In this document: positions 26,286 through 41,278 of the stretch, in pieces
How the letters are laid out: each line of letters starts with the position of its first letter
Position numbering within the stretch: position 1 is the stretch's first letter
Assembly: GCA_035221665.1 (NCBI GenBank)
Contig: CM069158.1
Span: forward strand, 27,156,001 to 27,220,000
Length of the DNA: 64,000 nt
Direction: 5' to 3'
DNA from: Okamejei kenojei
Taxonomy: Eukaryota
Translations under genes and position numbers: made by a program
Notes under the pieces: model-generated
Database searches by the model: none
Told to the model about the DNA's origin: nothing
The model's input: only the letters and a program-made list of their open reading frames with translations

Positions 26286-29200
26286 CTGGATTTGACCAAT
26301 ACTAGTTAATATATCAATATATAATTCATTTAAATGATCACATTCCTTCAATCAAGCAGTGAAATGAATAAAACTTATTGAAGAGACATTTTCAAAACCT
26401 TAAACAGCATTTTGAACAAATGAAATCCAAGTTTCGGTGGACATTTCCTGTTGCTGTGTGAACTAGTTTAAAAAAAACTTAAATACAAGCTTAAAATGAA
26501 GAAATATCAGGAAGTAAATATACAGCAATAGAGGATCAACAAAACCAATTTGTGCTGAAAATATTTAACTTCCAGTCACATTACACGGTACTGCACAATA
26601 AATACTCAACTTTAAAGTTATTGAGAAGCACACAAAAAATGCAATTGTTATAATTTTTAGAAAAACGTTGAAAACATTCAGCAGGTAGTATTGAGCTGCT
26701 GTGTCCTTTCAGCATTTTCCATTTCAAAATTTAAAAGGATACTCTGGGCATAAAATGTGGTAGTATTCATGAATACACTACCAACCTACATAGATAGTGT
26801 GTGGTGTGAACATTTGCACCATACTGCTGAAAAAACAGCCTGTCAGTTTACCTATAAAAAAGGTACGAAGCAGGGCAACAAATAAAAGCAAAATTATTAC
26901 AGGGTTAATTACTTTGGGCCTCTGATAAAAGGTGGCTGTCATAAGTGTCCTCCGTGTTAGCGAATTTTAACTATAATAATTCTCCCTCTGAACATCATCC
27001 ACGTCCTCTACAGCACGACAGTAATCAAAACCACAACACCGTGCTGTAGAAGTGCAATATAACTCCACATTCCTCACTGAATCCTCTCTACATTCAATGC
27101 AATCCAGGATCCCTCGGGCACAATTCAGCTTGGACACAGGGTGCCGACGTAAAATCAGAATATTGTATGAATAAAAGGAGGAGAGCTCTGGACGCAATCT
27201 CCGCAGTGTAAAGGCAGTTCCTTTTAAGTCACTTACTTTCAACGGCATAAAATTACACTTTCACATGCATAGACATTCTCCTCCTGTACCTCAAGGTTGT
27301 GCTGCAATACTTCAAGTATCTTTTTAGTTATCAAGGTATGAATTAATTAAAATTCTTTCCATTTGAAGGATAAAATTGAAGCCATTTCACATCCTATCAA
27401 CACTCCTACTTCTAGTCCATCATCAATTGGCTCAGCTGTTATCTCCAGCTGCAACCTTCAACATTCAACTCAGTCACCTTCCAGTGCTGTAACAATATCC
27501 TGTCTTGCTCCTTCAATATCAAATCTACAGATTGTGCTTCATTAGCTCAAAGTTGAATATCTCCTTCTGTCTGCTTCTCCTTCTGCATCAATACAAACAC
27601 ATGCTAATAACTTAATTTATATCGATCCACTTTATGTTCAGAATTCACAATTTTTGCCGAATACCATGGTTAAGTGCAGTGTTGCACCCATTTCAACATT
27701 TTATTTCTTCTTCTCCAACCTTGCTAAGTGTCAGTACCTTCTCAAGCTCTTCCTCCGGTTGTAAAACACATGTTGGTTCCAAAACAACTGCACTGTGTAT
27801 TTTGACTTGCACCATCGTGGCCTGCTTTAGCCAGGATAACTGATAATATATTGTATATTTGTTTGCTGAGCTGTTGTGTTGAATCTGCCTGCAAGGTGCA
27901 CCAAGATAGAATTTAATTGCTCCAGTCCTGAAGCCAATGACAATTAAACACTCTTGAAACTGGTCATTGCTTGCTTTTGAGGAGTTCTATCATTCAGACA
28001 TTATACTCCAGGTCTTGTATTAGTTCCTAGTTCCCTATTTTTTGCTGTCTTTCAACACAAGCCCGAAAAACTTATTTGACTTTATCCCAAAGTCACTGCA
28101 ATTAGTTGAAAACTCCATTCCTTAGTCACCAACACAACATCCCTGGCAATTGCCAATGAACTAGAACCTCTGGACACATATCCACACAGCACCATCTTGC
28201 ACCTCCGTAGCATTCCACCCCAATACTCCAATTAAGTTGGCATGTTGCTGAAGACCTTAACCAACCCTTTGTTGCTTCTCGACTGACAATGCAGACTCCA
28301 AACCAAACTCCATCAGTCAACTCTCCATTAGCTAGATGTCACGCTCTGAGCATACTATAAGCACCAAGTCACATTCACCCATTAGCCCAATACTGGCTCC
28401 AGGTAGAACCATAATTAACTCTGAACATTCTCATCCTCATTTTCTAGTCCCCCCAAGACGTTGCTCCTTACTGTCTATGCAACCTCATCCAACTTTATAA
28501 CTTTCCAACAGCACTTCGCCAGTACCACTCACTATCATTCCAAAATTGAAAAGCTATCTTGACAGTTTGTGTCTTAGATGTAAAGTATTGTAGAATTTAC
28601 TCCTTAAACCTGCCTGCAGCTCTCCATTTTTTCAATATCTGCCCTAATCTTTTTCTTTGTGACTATGAGCAGGTTTTGAATGATAACAATCGTTAAGCAC
28701 TCCTGGATGGTAACATTAAAGGAGCTATGACGAATACAATAGTTGTAATTATTGTGCCTTTAGTCTCCCAATCTAAATTCAATTTTATACTTCTAGACCG
28801 AAGCTTAAGTTGAAACGAGACCAATATAAGTGTTTAATCCTTGCTTGATTTAATTGGATGTAATGGAGTCAAAAATAAAATCAGTTTTACCAGCAGCATC
28901 CCATGTGGTTGGCCGAACCAGAAGGGGAAATACTTTTGCCTTGCAGATTGCAATCTTCAGTCAAGATCAGATGATGGTTGCCCAGCTTCAAGGATTTATC
29001 CGCAGATTTTGCCATAACAGAGACCTGTCACATCATACCAGATTCTGGTTAATAATGTGTAAGGAATCTGATGGATTTTACATCTGCCAGTTCTATCAAA
29101 CTAACTTAAAAGCACGCTACAACTAAAGGCCAAAATGGATTTGCCCAGGTCCATAGTTCCACTTGCTGTGGAAACACTGCAAATGACACCAGCTGAGCTG

Positions 29201-29544
29201 TGCCAAGATACATATAGCATTGTTCCCAGCCCACAGCATAAAGAAACAAAGGTTTGGGCAGAAATAGTAACAGGCCCAGGTCTGCTTGTACAATTTTCAG
29301 TCCATTTATTATCACCAAAGTTCCACATAGGCTTTTAGACAGTCACCCGACTGCTGGATGACGTCAACTAGATTTTTAATTTACTTGGTTCCCCACAATT
29401 AGCTGCCAAAATTAAAAAAATTAACATCTGCAAACCATAATTGACAGTCTTTATAAATACCAACGGCTTAAAGACTGTTTACTTGGCTGGATCGAAACAA
29501 ATAACCTAAAGAGTGTTCTGAGATATAGGATATACATGCATTTA

Positions 29545-30012
29545 GATGGATAAGGGCTGACTGGGATAGTCACCATGGTTTTGTACATGGGAGGTCGTGT
29601 CACACAAATCTGATTGAGTTTTTTTTAAGACGTGACCAAAAAGGTCGATGAGAGCAGAGCTGCAGATGTATATATGGACTTCAGCAAAGCATTCAACAAG
29701 GTTTTGCATGGTAGGCTGCTCTGGAAGGTTAGATCACATGGGATCCAAGGAGAGATAGCTAAATGGATAGAAAATTGACGATGGAGGGAAGCAGAGGGTG
29801 ATGGTGGAAGGTTTCTTCCATACATACAGATGAGAACCTACATGACAAGATTAGCAAGTTTGTTGATGATGCAAAAGTACGTGGTTTTGCAGATAGTGAA
29901 AATGGGTGTGAAAAATTGCAGGACCCAATTGCAGGATTGGCCAGGTGGGCTGAGGAATGGTTGATGGAATTTAATACAGAGAAATGTGAAGTGTTGCACT
30001 TTGGGAAATCTA
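29545..30012 (+). mobile_element. CR1 reverse transcriptase fragment
   Basis: DVYMDFSKAFNKVLHGRLLWKVRSHGIQG; ISKFVDDAK; MEFNTEKCEVLHFG. Confidence 0.9.
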
Positions 30013-30014
30013 AC

Positions 30015-30715
30015 AAATTTATCTTGTATGTCCAAATGTATCTTACATGTTATAGTTCCTCCCAAAACTAGCTCCTCTAGCAGCTCATTCCATATACCCA
30101 CCACCCTGTCGTCCAGTTCTTGATTCCTCTACTCTGGACAAAAGACTGTGCATCTATCGTATCTGTTCCCCTCATGATCTTGTACACGTCGATAAGATCA
30201 CCCCTCATCCTCCTGCACAGCAAGTATTAAAGTCCTAACCTGTCCTACATCTCGATAGCTAAGGGCCTCAAGTCCTGGCAACCTCTTTGTAAATTTTCTC
30301 TGAACCCTTTCCTGTTGAACAACATATTTCCTATAGCAGGGTACCCAAAACTGAATACAATACTCCAAATGTGGCCTCATGAGCGTCTTGTAGAACTGTA
30401 ACATAACGTCCCAATTTCTACACTCAGAACCCAATGTGCCATAAGCCTTCTTGACAACATTTAAGGAACTATGTACCTGCACTCTAACACTCCCTAGAAC
30501 CCGGTCATTCACTGTGAAGTCACTGTGAAGGTCTAGCCTTGGTTCGACTTCACAAAATGCAAAACCTTGAACTTATCTGCGTTAAACTCCATTAGCCATT
30601 CCTCATCCCACTTGCCAAACTAATCAAGATCCTGCTATAATTCTTGATAACCATCTTCACTATCTACAATATCACTCACTTTAGTAACATCTACAAACTT
30701 ACTAATCATGCCTTA
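30015..30715 (-). mobile_element. CR1 LINE fragment
   Basis: MLQFYKTLMRPHLEYCIQFW...QERVQRKFTKRLPGL. Confidence 0.9.
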
Positions 30716-31088
30716 CCTATTCCAATGGCTTAGGGAACTCAAGCTGTGTTACTACATGTGCGCAATCAGGTTTTCTGCAATCAATCCAAGATGCCAGTTG
30801 TCAACATTAATATGGGTTGCAAGTTTCAACAGGGAGGGTAACGTGACCACATTGAATACTAATTAATAGAGATTACAAGGTCAGTGTGAGGCAAATAATA
30901 TAATTAGATGAACACAAAAAGCTGGAGTAACTCAGCGCGACGGGCAGCATCTCTGGAGAGAAGAAATGGGTGACGTTTGGGTCGAGACTGTTCTTTATAT
31001 ATGATTAGCTTGTTTCTTGAAATTTCTCACATGAAAGTGAGCAAAACAGATGTGACAAAAATAATGAATTTACAGGTTATACATGCAA

Positions 31089-31372
31089 GTTTAAATCCAG
31101 CCATCTCTAACTTTCAAAACTCTAATCAATGCCCAGAATGGTAGGGACTATAATCCATTTGCATAGCAACTATAACTTATAAAAAAAACAAATCTTGTCT
31201 TTATTAATACCAGTCTCAAAACAAATTTAAATTTGGTTTAAATCCACCCATCTCCAACTTTCAAAACTCTATAATCAACGCCCATAATGATAGGGGTTAT
31301 AATCATTTGCATTGCAACTGTAATTTTGAAAAAACAAATCATCTTGTCTTTATTAATACCGGTCTCAAAACA
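31089..31372. repeat. Tandem duplication of ~145 bp
   Basis: gtttaaatcca..ccatctc..actttcaaaactct...tcttgtctttattaatacc.gtctcaaaaca occurs twice. Confidence 0.9.
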
Positions 31373-31726
31373 GTAAAATGTCAGGTTTATTGTTTGTTAA
31401 CTATAAAAGAAAACATGTTTATTCAAACAAAAATAGATAATAGTCTGAGGTGAAAACAAAGACGTGACATGTTTGTGACAAGTCTTTAACTGAGCATTTG
31501 ATTGACTTTGGAAATTGAGACAAAACAATTATAAAAGCAATAGAGAACAAATAGAAAAGAGCAGCAAACATTTGAGAAAGAACAGCATTGGATGTATGAC
31601 AGCTTTGTAACGATGAAAGTGGAAATAACCAAATTACAGTTGCAAACAGTCTAGTGGAGTCATGAGTTTCTATGCAAACAGATAAAATTCTATCCAAGTT
31701 CACTCAGTAAATGCTGTATTACTCAC

Positions 31727-31840
31727 CTAGCAGCTTCTGTAGTGCAGGTGGTGTAGGACCCAGTAAAAACTGATTGGGTGAATAGCGTTGCACTTTGGGA
31801 GGTAGTTGGTAAAATGGACTATGAGGTGACTTGTATGCAT
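31727..31840 (-). CDS. DOT1L: DOT1L exon 15 (DAYKSPHSPFYQLPPKVQRYSPNQFLLGPTPPALQKLL)
   Basis: 114 nt; cag| and |gtgagt. Confidence 0.96.
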   Translation of the reverse strand: MHTSHLIVHFTNYLPKCNAIHPISFYWVLHHLHYRSC

Positions 31841-32333
31841 CTGAAAAATGAAAGCAAATGAGTAACGGTTTTCCCGTGCTACAATTTGATAATTATCAGT
31901 TGCAATGAACCAAGTGATTCAGCTAAATGGCACCCAAGATAAGTACAAATTGCTCTCAACTACATTAAAGATTGCCAAAAATGTTTACAAAGCTGAAACG
32001 GCATATTGACACAATGCATGCGGGCAAAGCCAAAATTGGTATTGAACTCAATCTGTTGTAATTAAAGAATCAAATATGTATACATGAAACAAGGCCAGCG
32101 TAATATCTTTAAAACTGCAAGTGAATTTTAATAGCAAGTTATTGTGCCAAAGAGCAATGAAACATGACATTCAGCCACATTTAACATCATTGCCTAATCA
32201 ATATTTTCATTATTTCTTGTCAATTACCAAAGTCTATTTCTACCTTTTTCCATGCAGGTTTAGATATATTATATTTTCACAAGTAATCTGATTTTTTTTT
32301 CATTCCTAATAGTCCACATTTGTAGATACTGAA

Positions 32334-32508
32334 GCAAGGATGCTGAGAGAGTCTGAGCATGTAAAAGATCCAGTGCAGATTGACTTTTCTTTGTATTTCA
32401 TTTTGAACTTGCAGTGCTTGTTTTCTTGGGGAAGCCTCTTTTTCTAACTGCAATTCTCTTGCCTAATTAATTATTAGAATAACCCTAATTAATTATTTTG
32501 TTTTTACT
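32334..32508 (-). pseudogene. Partial duplicate of DOT1L exon 14 within intron 14
   Basis: 32334-32464 nearly identical to 33424-33554; no splice sites copied. Confidence 0.93.
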
Positions 32509-33271
32509 TTATTGGGATTTAGTGTTTTCAATCCCAATAAAGTCCACATTTGTAGATACTGAATCCTCGTAGATAAAATGGTTATTTTGAAAACACCAAA
32601 CAGAAACATGCAAAATAAAATCAATTGACAGTTTAAATTTAGCACCATTTTTTGTTAACTAATTTTAATATTCACCAGATTTTTCGCTGAAAACTTGAGA
32701 CCAGTTATACAATAATTAATAAACCACTGATCTTACATGGTCAAGTCAAGAGAGTTTATTGTCATGTGTCCCAGATAAGACAATGCAATTCTTGCTTGCT
32801 GCTGTACAACAGAGTATTGTAAGCATAAATACAGAACGGTTCAGTGTGTCTATATAGCATAGACCATATATACACACACACACACACACATAAATAAACA
32901 GATAAAGTGCAATAGGCTGTACACTGTTGGAAACTGAGGAACTTGCAAATTCTCAGATTAAGTGATAATAGCTCAAAATAATTAAATGCAACTTATCAAG
33001 TGTATTTAGAAATTACAATTTTGAATGCGTTTGGTTTAAAAGATCATGCTTTTCACAATACTGTAATCTAATCATATGTGCAGATTTTTCTTGGTGCATT
33101 TAAGTTAGTGAACATAAGTAAAAATGAACAAAAGACTACAGGGTTTATTATGTAATGAGAACAATTTTCACATTCCTCTTCAGATCCACAAATCTTATCA
33201 GAAATGCTCAAACATATATCAGTTGAGCCCAAGATTGTTTGCTTGATCTTCTGGTACTGAACAGTCTGTCA

Positions 33272-33661
<390 letters not shown>

Positions 33662-34317
33662 TTACAATTACTATGGAATACAAATAATATGGGGTCTTCT
33701 TTATTGATCAGATAATGAAAGCCAGGTTTCTGGCAATTAAATTAGCTGCTCTTAATACAGACTTTCCTTCCAAGTCAGCTGGTTAAAAGGATTTTCAGAA
33801 AAAGCTTAAACATTTATATTTAATTTAGTATTGTATCCATAAATACTAAAATATCTAGGCTGTGTCTGCAAGATGCAGAGGTGACAAACAAATGTCAAGG
33901 AGACAGAGCATGTGAGTAGAAAGAGTCTTGATTGAAAAAATGATTGAAAGATTTTGACCATCAATCTGTCACTCACACAAGTTCTATATCATCCCACTTT
34001 CGCATCCACTCCCGACAGGGCAATTTACGGAGGCCAATTAACCTACAAATCAGCACGTCTTGGGATGTGTGACTAAACCGGAGCATCCGCAGGAAACCCA
34101 TTCAATCATGGGGAGAAAGTGCAGTCCACACAATCAGCACCCGAGGTAGGAACAATCGTGGGTCTCTGGCACTGAAGCAGAAGCTCTACCACTTGCATCA
34201 ATGAGCTACTAAAAACAGAAACACAGGCAACTGTTTGGAATCAAGTGTTCAGTCAGGCATGAATGCCCTCCTCAGCAGAGAAAATCTGCCAACCTTCATG
34301 GTCTGGCTTTTTTGCAA

Positions 34318-34863
34318 CTGTCCCACTTGGGCGACCTAATTGGCGAGTTTAGAAGAGTTTAGGAGAGTTCGAAAAAAATGTCATATTGAAGACCTCCTTC
34401 GACTATGTTGAAGACTAGCTTCGACTAGCTATGACTAACTTCGGGAAAATTGGACACCGAATCGTGGAGAGTGAAGACGACCTACTTCAACCTCCCTTCG
34501 ACGATGATGACTATCTATGACTACCTTCGACTACCCTCGATTACCTACGACTAACATGCCTTCGACTACTCGATTACCTACGACTAACATGCCGACCTAC
34601 TATAGCCTACTACGACTAAACCTATTAGTAAAAAAAGTATCGATTTTTTCCTTGGCGACCTTTTTTTACTCACAGGCATTTATCAACATGTTGAAAAATA
34701 CGCCGCGACTCAGCAGAGGCCTCGAGTACACGGGGACTACTCTCGAGCATGAAAGAGATTTACAAAGACCTTCTACAACCTCGTGTCGACCTTGCTGCGA
34801 GTATGAGTCAAGGGCAAACTCGCCAGAACTCGTGGATTAGGTTGCCCAAGTGGGACAGCCCCT
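34318..34863. mobile_element. PIF/Harbinger-like MITE
   Basis: TIR ctgtcccacttgggcgacctaat ... attaggttgcccaagtgggacag; internal cttcgact/cgactac repeats; CpG-rich. Confidence 0.75.
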
Positions 34864-35101
34864 TTAGTGAATGCTGGCATTTCCAATGATGCTTAGATCC
34901 CAGTGTCCACTATCCAAGAAATGAATAAAGATAAAAGGTGCTCAGATAATTCAATAGAAATTGTGGAATGTGGAAAGGGATCACAAAGAGACGAGTGTGC
35001 TTGATGAACCACAAGCGCTATTCAAACAGTATATTACAGTTACATTTTCATAATCAGATGGTCTGTAAACCAGATTTCATGCAAATTAAACATCACCTCA
35101 C

Positions 35102-35179
35102 CTTGGTTGGAGTTGTTGTACTGCTCTTATTTTCTTTGTTTTCCTTTTGTTGTCTACGTCTAGCTGCCTCTTGTTCCTC
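35102..35179 (-). CDS. DOT1L: DOT1L exon 13 (EEQEAARRRQQKENKENKSSTTTPTK)
   Basis: 78 nt; cag| and |gtgagg; read-through meets TGA two codons later. Confidence 0.93.
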
Positions 35180-36630
35180 CTGTAACCAAATATCAAAATT
35201 TCATCCATATTGTGTGGTGTACGATTCATGCATTTTATCACTTCAGATTTCTCATGAATGTGGGATGACATTTTTCAAATGAACAGTTTTAGAAATCAGA
35301 AAGCAAACATCATTTAAACCTGCAGTAGATCCAAGTGCAGAACAACCCCCATAGAGGCAAATAAACTTTATTTCAATAGACAATAGATGCAGGAGTAGGC
35401 CATTCGGCCCTTCGAGCCAGCACCACTTTCATCCTTGCTCTGCACAAAATATTTGGTTAGTAAACAAAAGATAGGCACAAAATGCTCGACTAACTCATCA
35501 GCACGAGCAACATCGCTGGAGAGAAGGAATGGGCGATGTTTCTGATCGAGACCCTTCTTCAGACAGAGTCAGGGGAGGGAGATATACAGAGATAAGGAAG
35601 TGTCAGATGTGAGAACGAGATGGAGGTCAAGAAAAATGTAGAATAGACCTATTCTCCTAGTTAGCTAGAAAGAAACAACAAAGCTAACAGAGATAAAATG
35701 TAACCAGGGACTGTCAGACAGGGGGAGGGGGAGGGTTACTTGAAGTTAGAGAAGTCAATACTTATACTGCTGGGGTGTAAGCAAGATGGTTGAAAGAATT
35801 TGGATCTATCAATACACAGGACTAAATTTTGGAAAGATAAAGCAGAAAACAAATGGTACCCTTCTTTCTATAATGAAGAAATTGCCATGTAGGATGATGA
35901 GTGGGGTGGTGGTGGGGAGAACAGATTAAATCGCACAACAATATTTTACTTTATATGCAGTTTTAGTGACAGTGTGCAAATTATAGCGTTACTGCCTCAC
36001 AGCTCAGTGACCCAGGTTCGATCCTGACCTCCAATGTTGTGGGGAGAGTGCACCTTCTCTGTGTCAATGGTTTCCTCCCAGATGCCAAACATATGTTGTA
36101 TGATCAATTATATAGCTACTGAAAACGACCACAACTATAATGGGTGGTAGAATTAGTGGGTGTTAAAAGGGCATGAGCGGGGGAACTGGGTTCAGGGAAA
36201 TAAGTGGGAAGTGGGTGACATGGAGTGTGCACTAAGCACCAAATTAGATTTGATGGGCCTAATGGCCTCCTCAAATATCATAAAATAATAATAAATAGGA
36301 ATTATCTTAAGACACTCGAACATGGGAATCAGCAATTATTCATCACAATTCACACATGTTTTCATTATTAGAAGTGCTTATGAAATAAGAGATTAATCAA
36401 TGCTTAGCTTTACATGTATGATCAGTTTTCCCCAAAGATCTTTCCACAGATTTTTTTTAAATGGAAGAAAGATGACTACACTCCTATAAGTGTAGAGGTA
36501 AAAATATGTAGAACAAATACAAAATACACATGTAACAAACATTAAAGTTCAAGAATAATATTTGTATTTACTTCAAATTCATGAGTTTGCTATGTTGACA
36601 GCAATAATTATAAACAGCTCAAAAACTTAC

Positions 36631-36672
36631 CCTGAGTTTTGGATTTTTGAGACTAGAAAAGTAGTTTTCAAG
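36631..36672 (-). CDS. DOT1L: DOT1L exon 12 (LENYFSSLKNPKLR)
   Basis: 42 nt; cag| and |gtaagt. Confidence 0.96.
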
Positions 36673-36885
36673 CTGAAATAATAACAAAAATGATAATTTG
36701 TTATCATCTCGATGTGACTCAAAAGGCAATACACAATTTGACTACCAATTTGCCTTCCTATGAAACTTTGTACTAAAAATCATTGTCAGTTATGAAAAAA
36801 AGTTAAGGACATCTTTAAATCAATAATATTACTCCTGCAGTCATCTAGAAACCCAAAATATTCCAAGCAATACACAGAACCATTA

Positions 36886-37089
<204 letters not shown>

Positions 37090-37983
37090 TCACATTAAAA
37101 ACATTTTTTTTTGTTGAATTAAAGGTTAAATATTGCAGAAATATTTTGTGTTTTTATAACCAAATTTCAAGTATAGTAACTAAATAGCAATGAGTGGTGT
37201 TTCCATAGATTACTGAGTGTAATTGTGTACCTATAAATTTCAACTGCACTGGATTTATCTCCAAGATTTCCCCAATAAGAAAATATGAAAATTAACATGA
37301 TTTAAAATTGTCACTTCCAGTAATTAAAAAAGCCAGATTCCAGAACATGCCCAAAATTCATCTTCGTTTCAAAACATCAATTTTGGATTTCACCGAAACA
37401 CCTTGACTATTTTTAGGCTAACTTTCATAAAACAGTCTTAAATTCCCATCTATCATTAAGCCTCAAAAATCTCTTTCTGACCATCGATTCTCCGAAAATA
37501 ATTGGTGCTCTACATCTGTGCTTTCTAAAGCACCGAGGGATATTCCCTCTATAAAGGTCATAATACCATAATATTGCATGTTGCCAATTACTTAACTAAA
37601 ATACTAGTTAAATATTTGAGAAACTTGCTTCCCAATTATTCTATTTACTGCAGCAATGTTCATGCAAGATAAGCGACGTCCACTCAGTAATGAAAGTAAA
37701 TAGTAAAGAATTGATGCTTCCTACTGGGCAAAGATGTTGAGCCACAAAGCACAACAGTAAGATAACAAAATTAAGAAACTACTCAACTTCAATTAAACAG
37801 AAATTTCACTTCTCCTAAGTATAAAATGATACTATTATCATAAGCAGAGACAAAACTAATTGATTTTCCCTGTCCAGCAAAGGACTTTGAAAGAGACATG
37901 AATATTGACATTCCTAATGCATTTCATCCAATTCAATTTAAAAAAAAACTAAGTTTAAGAAAAGAGTCATAAAATGCAATTTA

Positions 37984-38187
<204 letters not shown>

Positions 38188-38930
38188 TTATCACCATTAA
38201 TTGCTTGCCATTTCAAATTAATATTGATCTCAATTTAAACACAAATGTATGCCTAGGTTAGTCAATTAGAAAATCGCAATACTAGCCTGCAGCCAAAACA
38301 TACACAACCTTAAACAACCATCAAATAGGGTTCTGTGTCCTGACACAAAGATAGGTTATATACCATAGCTGTTCAATTTAATTTGTTTCTATTGAAGATG
38401 GGAGTAATAGGAGATGACCAGACCAAGTAGATCTAGTTTGGGCTGGGGAGATGTGCATAGACCAATGTGATGGAGGTGCAAGTATAAATACAAATGATTT
38501 GAAAGAGAAATTTACAATGGATTGCGTAACACACCCAACCAAGTGCCCATAGTCATTGAACATATTAGGGGAAGTATGTGAAAATAAATTTACAGAAAAA
38601 TAATTTTAAAGTTTTAAGTTGATTACCCTGTTTGCAATCTTAGTTCACTCTTGACAACCTAACAGTTAGACTTACTTAATGCACATCTAACACCAATTTA
38701 AGAAACCCAAGTCACATTTTACCTATAAAATAGAATGGAGTACAATCTACACTCCTGTTGAAGAATTTCACTGAATCAAAACAGCACTGAATACATCCGG
38801 GCACTTTCAGTTTCAACAATCTGGTGTTACCCTATCCAGACTTTAACTATTTGCTACAATAAAGAGATTTAGCTATTTTCAGATCATCAATTTGAAATTG
38901 AAAACTCCATGTCCATTTAAAGTATTATCA

Positions 38931-39212
<282 letters not shown>

Positions 39213-41222
39213 TCAACCATTAAAAATTGTAAATTAAAGCAGTACACATATAATTACATTAATTCATTGTGTTAAATTTTACATTGTACCAAAGCATACA
39301 AGAACTCAAAATACTAATAATTGAAAACATCTGCATTATTTAACATGGTGCCAAGGATCAGTCGACAACTATAGATGCGAAAATGTCAATTAATTAAGAG
39401 AAAAATGCAAACAGTCATTACCAAAGTATAAACAAATGAAATTACAATACAATAATAGACAATACAAATAATTTGAAATACTCAAGCAGTTGGAGTCATA
39501 TGGCATGGAAACAATCCTTTTGGCCCAACTTGTCTGCGCTGACCAGGTTTTATAAATGTGCTTGTCTCATTTTCTACATTGGCCCAGATACCTCTAAACT
39601 TTTCCTATCCATCTATGTGTCGAAACGTATTTTATGCATTGCTACTGTTCCCACCTATGCACCTTCCCCTGGCAGCTTGGTCACTATACCCACCACCGTC
39701 TGAGTATAGAAATTGTCCCTCAGGTCTATTAAATCATTCTCAAGCTTTGAAATATTAAGTCCTCTACTCTTTTCATGTCAATTGCCAAATGGCAGAGTAG
39801 CTCAAAATGTTCTAATATTTCATAACATGTACATTTTTTTCAGCAGTGACTTTATGAAAGTTAATTTTCTTTCAAGCCCAAAAAAAGACTCGATTCAAAA
39901 CAAAAAATGAAATAAAACTTTAAAAAACCATGCAGCTACTGCAGAGCAAAACCCTCAATTCCGATGGGAAAGCAGATTTGAAGATAGCAAATTCTAATTC
40001 AAATTAAACTATGACCATTTTAGGAGGAAACTGAGAGGGATCCGAGAAAAAGTCAAATCTGTCGAAAAAATTTGGGACTATATACAATCCTAATGCCAAT
40101 TTCCAAATACTGAACAAATTACTTGAAGGTAAAAATGAAGCATTTGTCAGATATAAAATCATGATTAGTACCTGGGGATGTTTTATTAGAATGAAGAAAA
40201 TGGGATTCAAAGAGAAAAAGAACCTTCAAATCAAGTCTGGGCAAGCTACCTATCGTGAGAAGTCTATTTTAAATGAACATACATAATGCTGCAACTATGC
40301 AATCCAATTAGCAGTCTCTTAACATACTTCTCAGCAACCTTGGCATTCAAATTAATAGTTTCTTTGCCATCTTGTAAACATTGTCATATACATTTGTGCA
40401 TGTGTTCATTAAAAACACAAGTTAATATAGTTGCCATGATTAAATGCCACTTTTAAAAATGAGAACTGTTTGCAAAACATTTTTTTGACAATACATTGAT
40501 TATTATACAAAAGACTACTAATGCATAGCTGAGATGACTATCACAAAGCATAATAGCACATGTGACATGAATCAGGAACATGTTTAGGTCTTGTTATTAA
40601 CAAACTGAAGGATAGTTCATTCCAGATTATAGAAACAATTAGGTCATACCAACAACTGTGTTTGTGAGCACAATCAAGACTAGTCATTAGCATTACCAGC
40701 CAGAAAAGATGCAGTATTAGGCCTGGTTCAAGGATTAATCACGGAAAAGACGTCTAACAGGCGTCATCCATCAGTGAGAATGGTTGACAATGGCCAATTT
40801 CTATTCTAAAATACATCAGTGAACCAATTGCAACGATCTAAAAGTTTCAAGGTGGTTTTCAACTATGAAGACTTTTTACTTCCAGAATTTAAATAAAGCA
40901 CTACTTCAAATTCTCAGATGGTCACAGATTTGAAATCACTCTTAGAACCCTCCAGTTTCTGGATTACCATTACAATACCTATTATTCATTTCCTAGCACA
41001 TTTCTGTGGTATTTTTCAAAGAAGTGTTGCCCATGATTTGTGGAGATGGTGTAGAACATATTTGAATGCAAATCAGCAACTTTGGTGCAAAGTCTGTTTC
41101 AAATGGCACTATTTTTCTTCAAAGTTATAGTTCCTGTTTGCAAAGATCAATGCACAAACCTCAACAGCAACAATAAATCTTAAATTATAAATTGAAATAT
41201 ATTTTGCTGTTGGACTGGTCAC

Positions 41223-41278
41223 CTTGTACTTGCAATTTTTTCTTTCCATTCTTCAGAAAGGAAATCACCTCTTTCCAG
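41223..41278 (-). CDS. DOT1L: DOT1L exon 8 (LERGDFLSEEWKEKIASTS)
   Basis: 56 nt; cag| and |gtgacc; GDF motif. Confidence 0.96.

Noticed and set aside
34380-34620. CRISPR-like short repeats
   Set aside because: Irregular internal repeats of a MITE in a vertebrate intron, with no constant repeat-spacer period.
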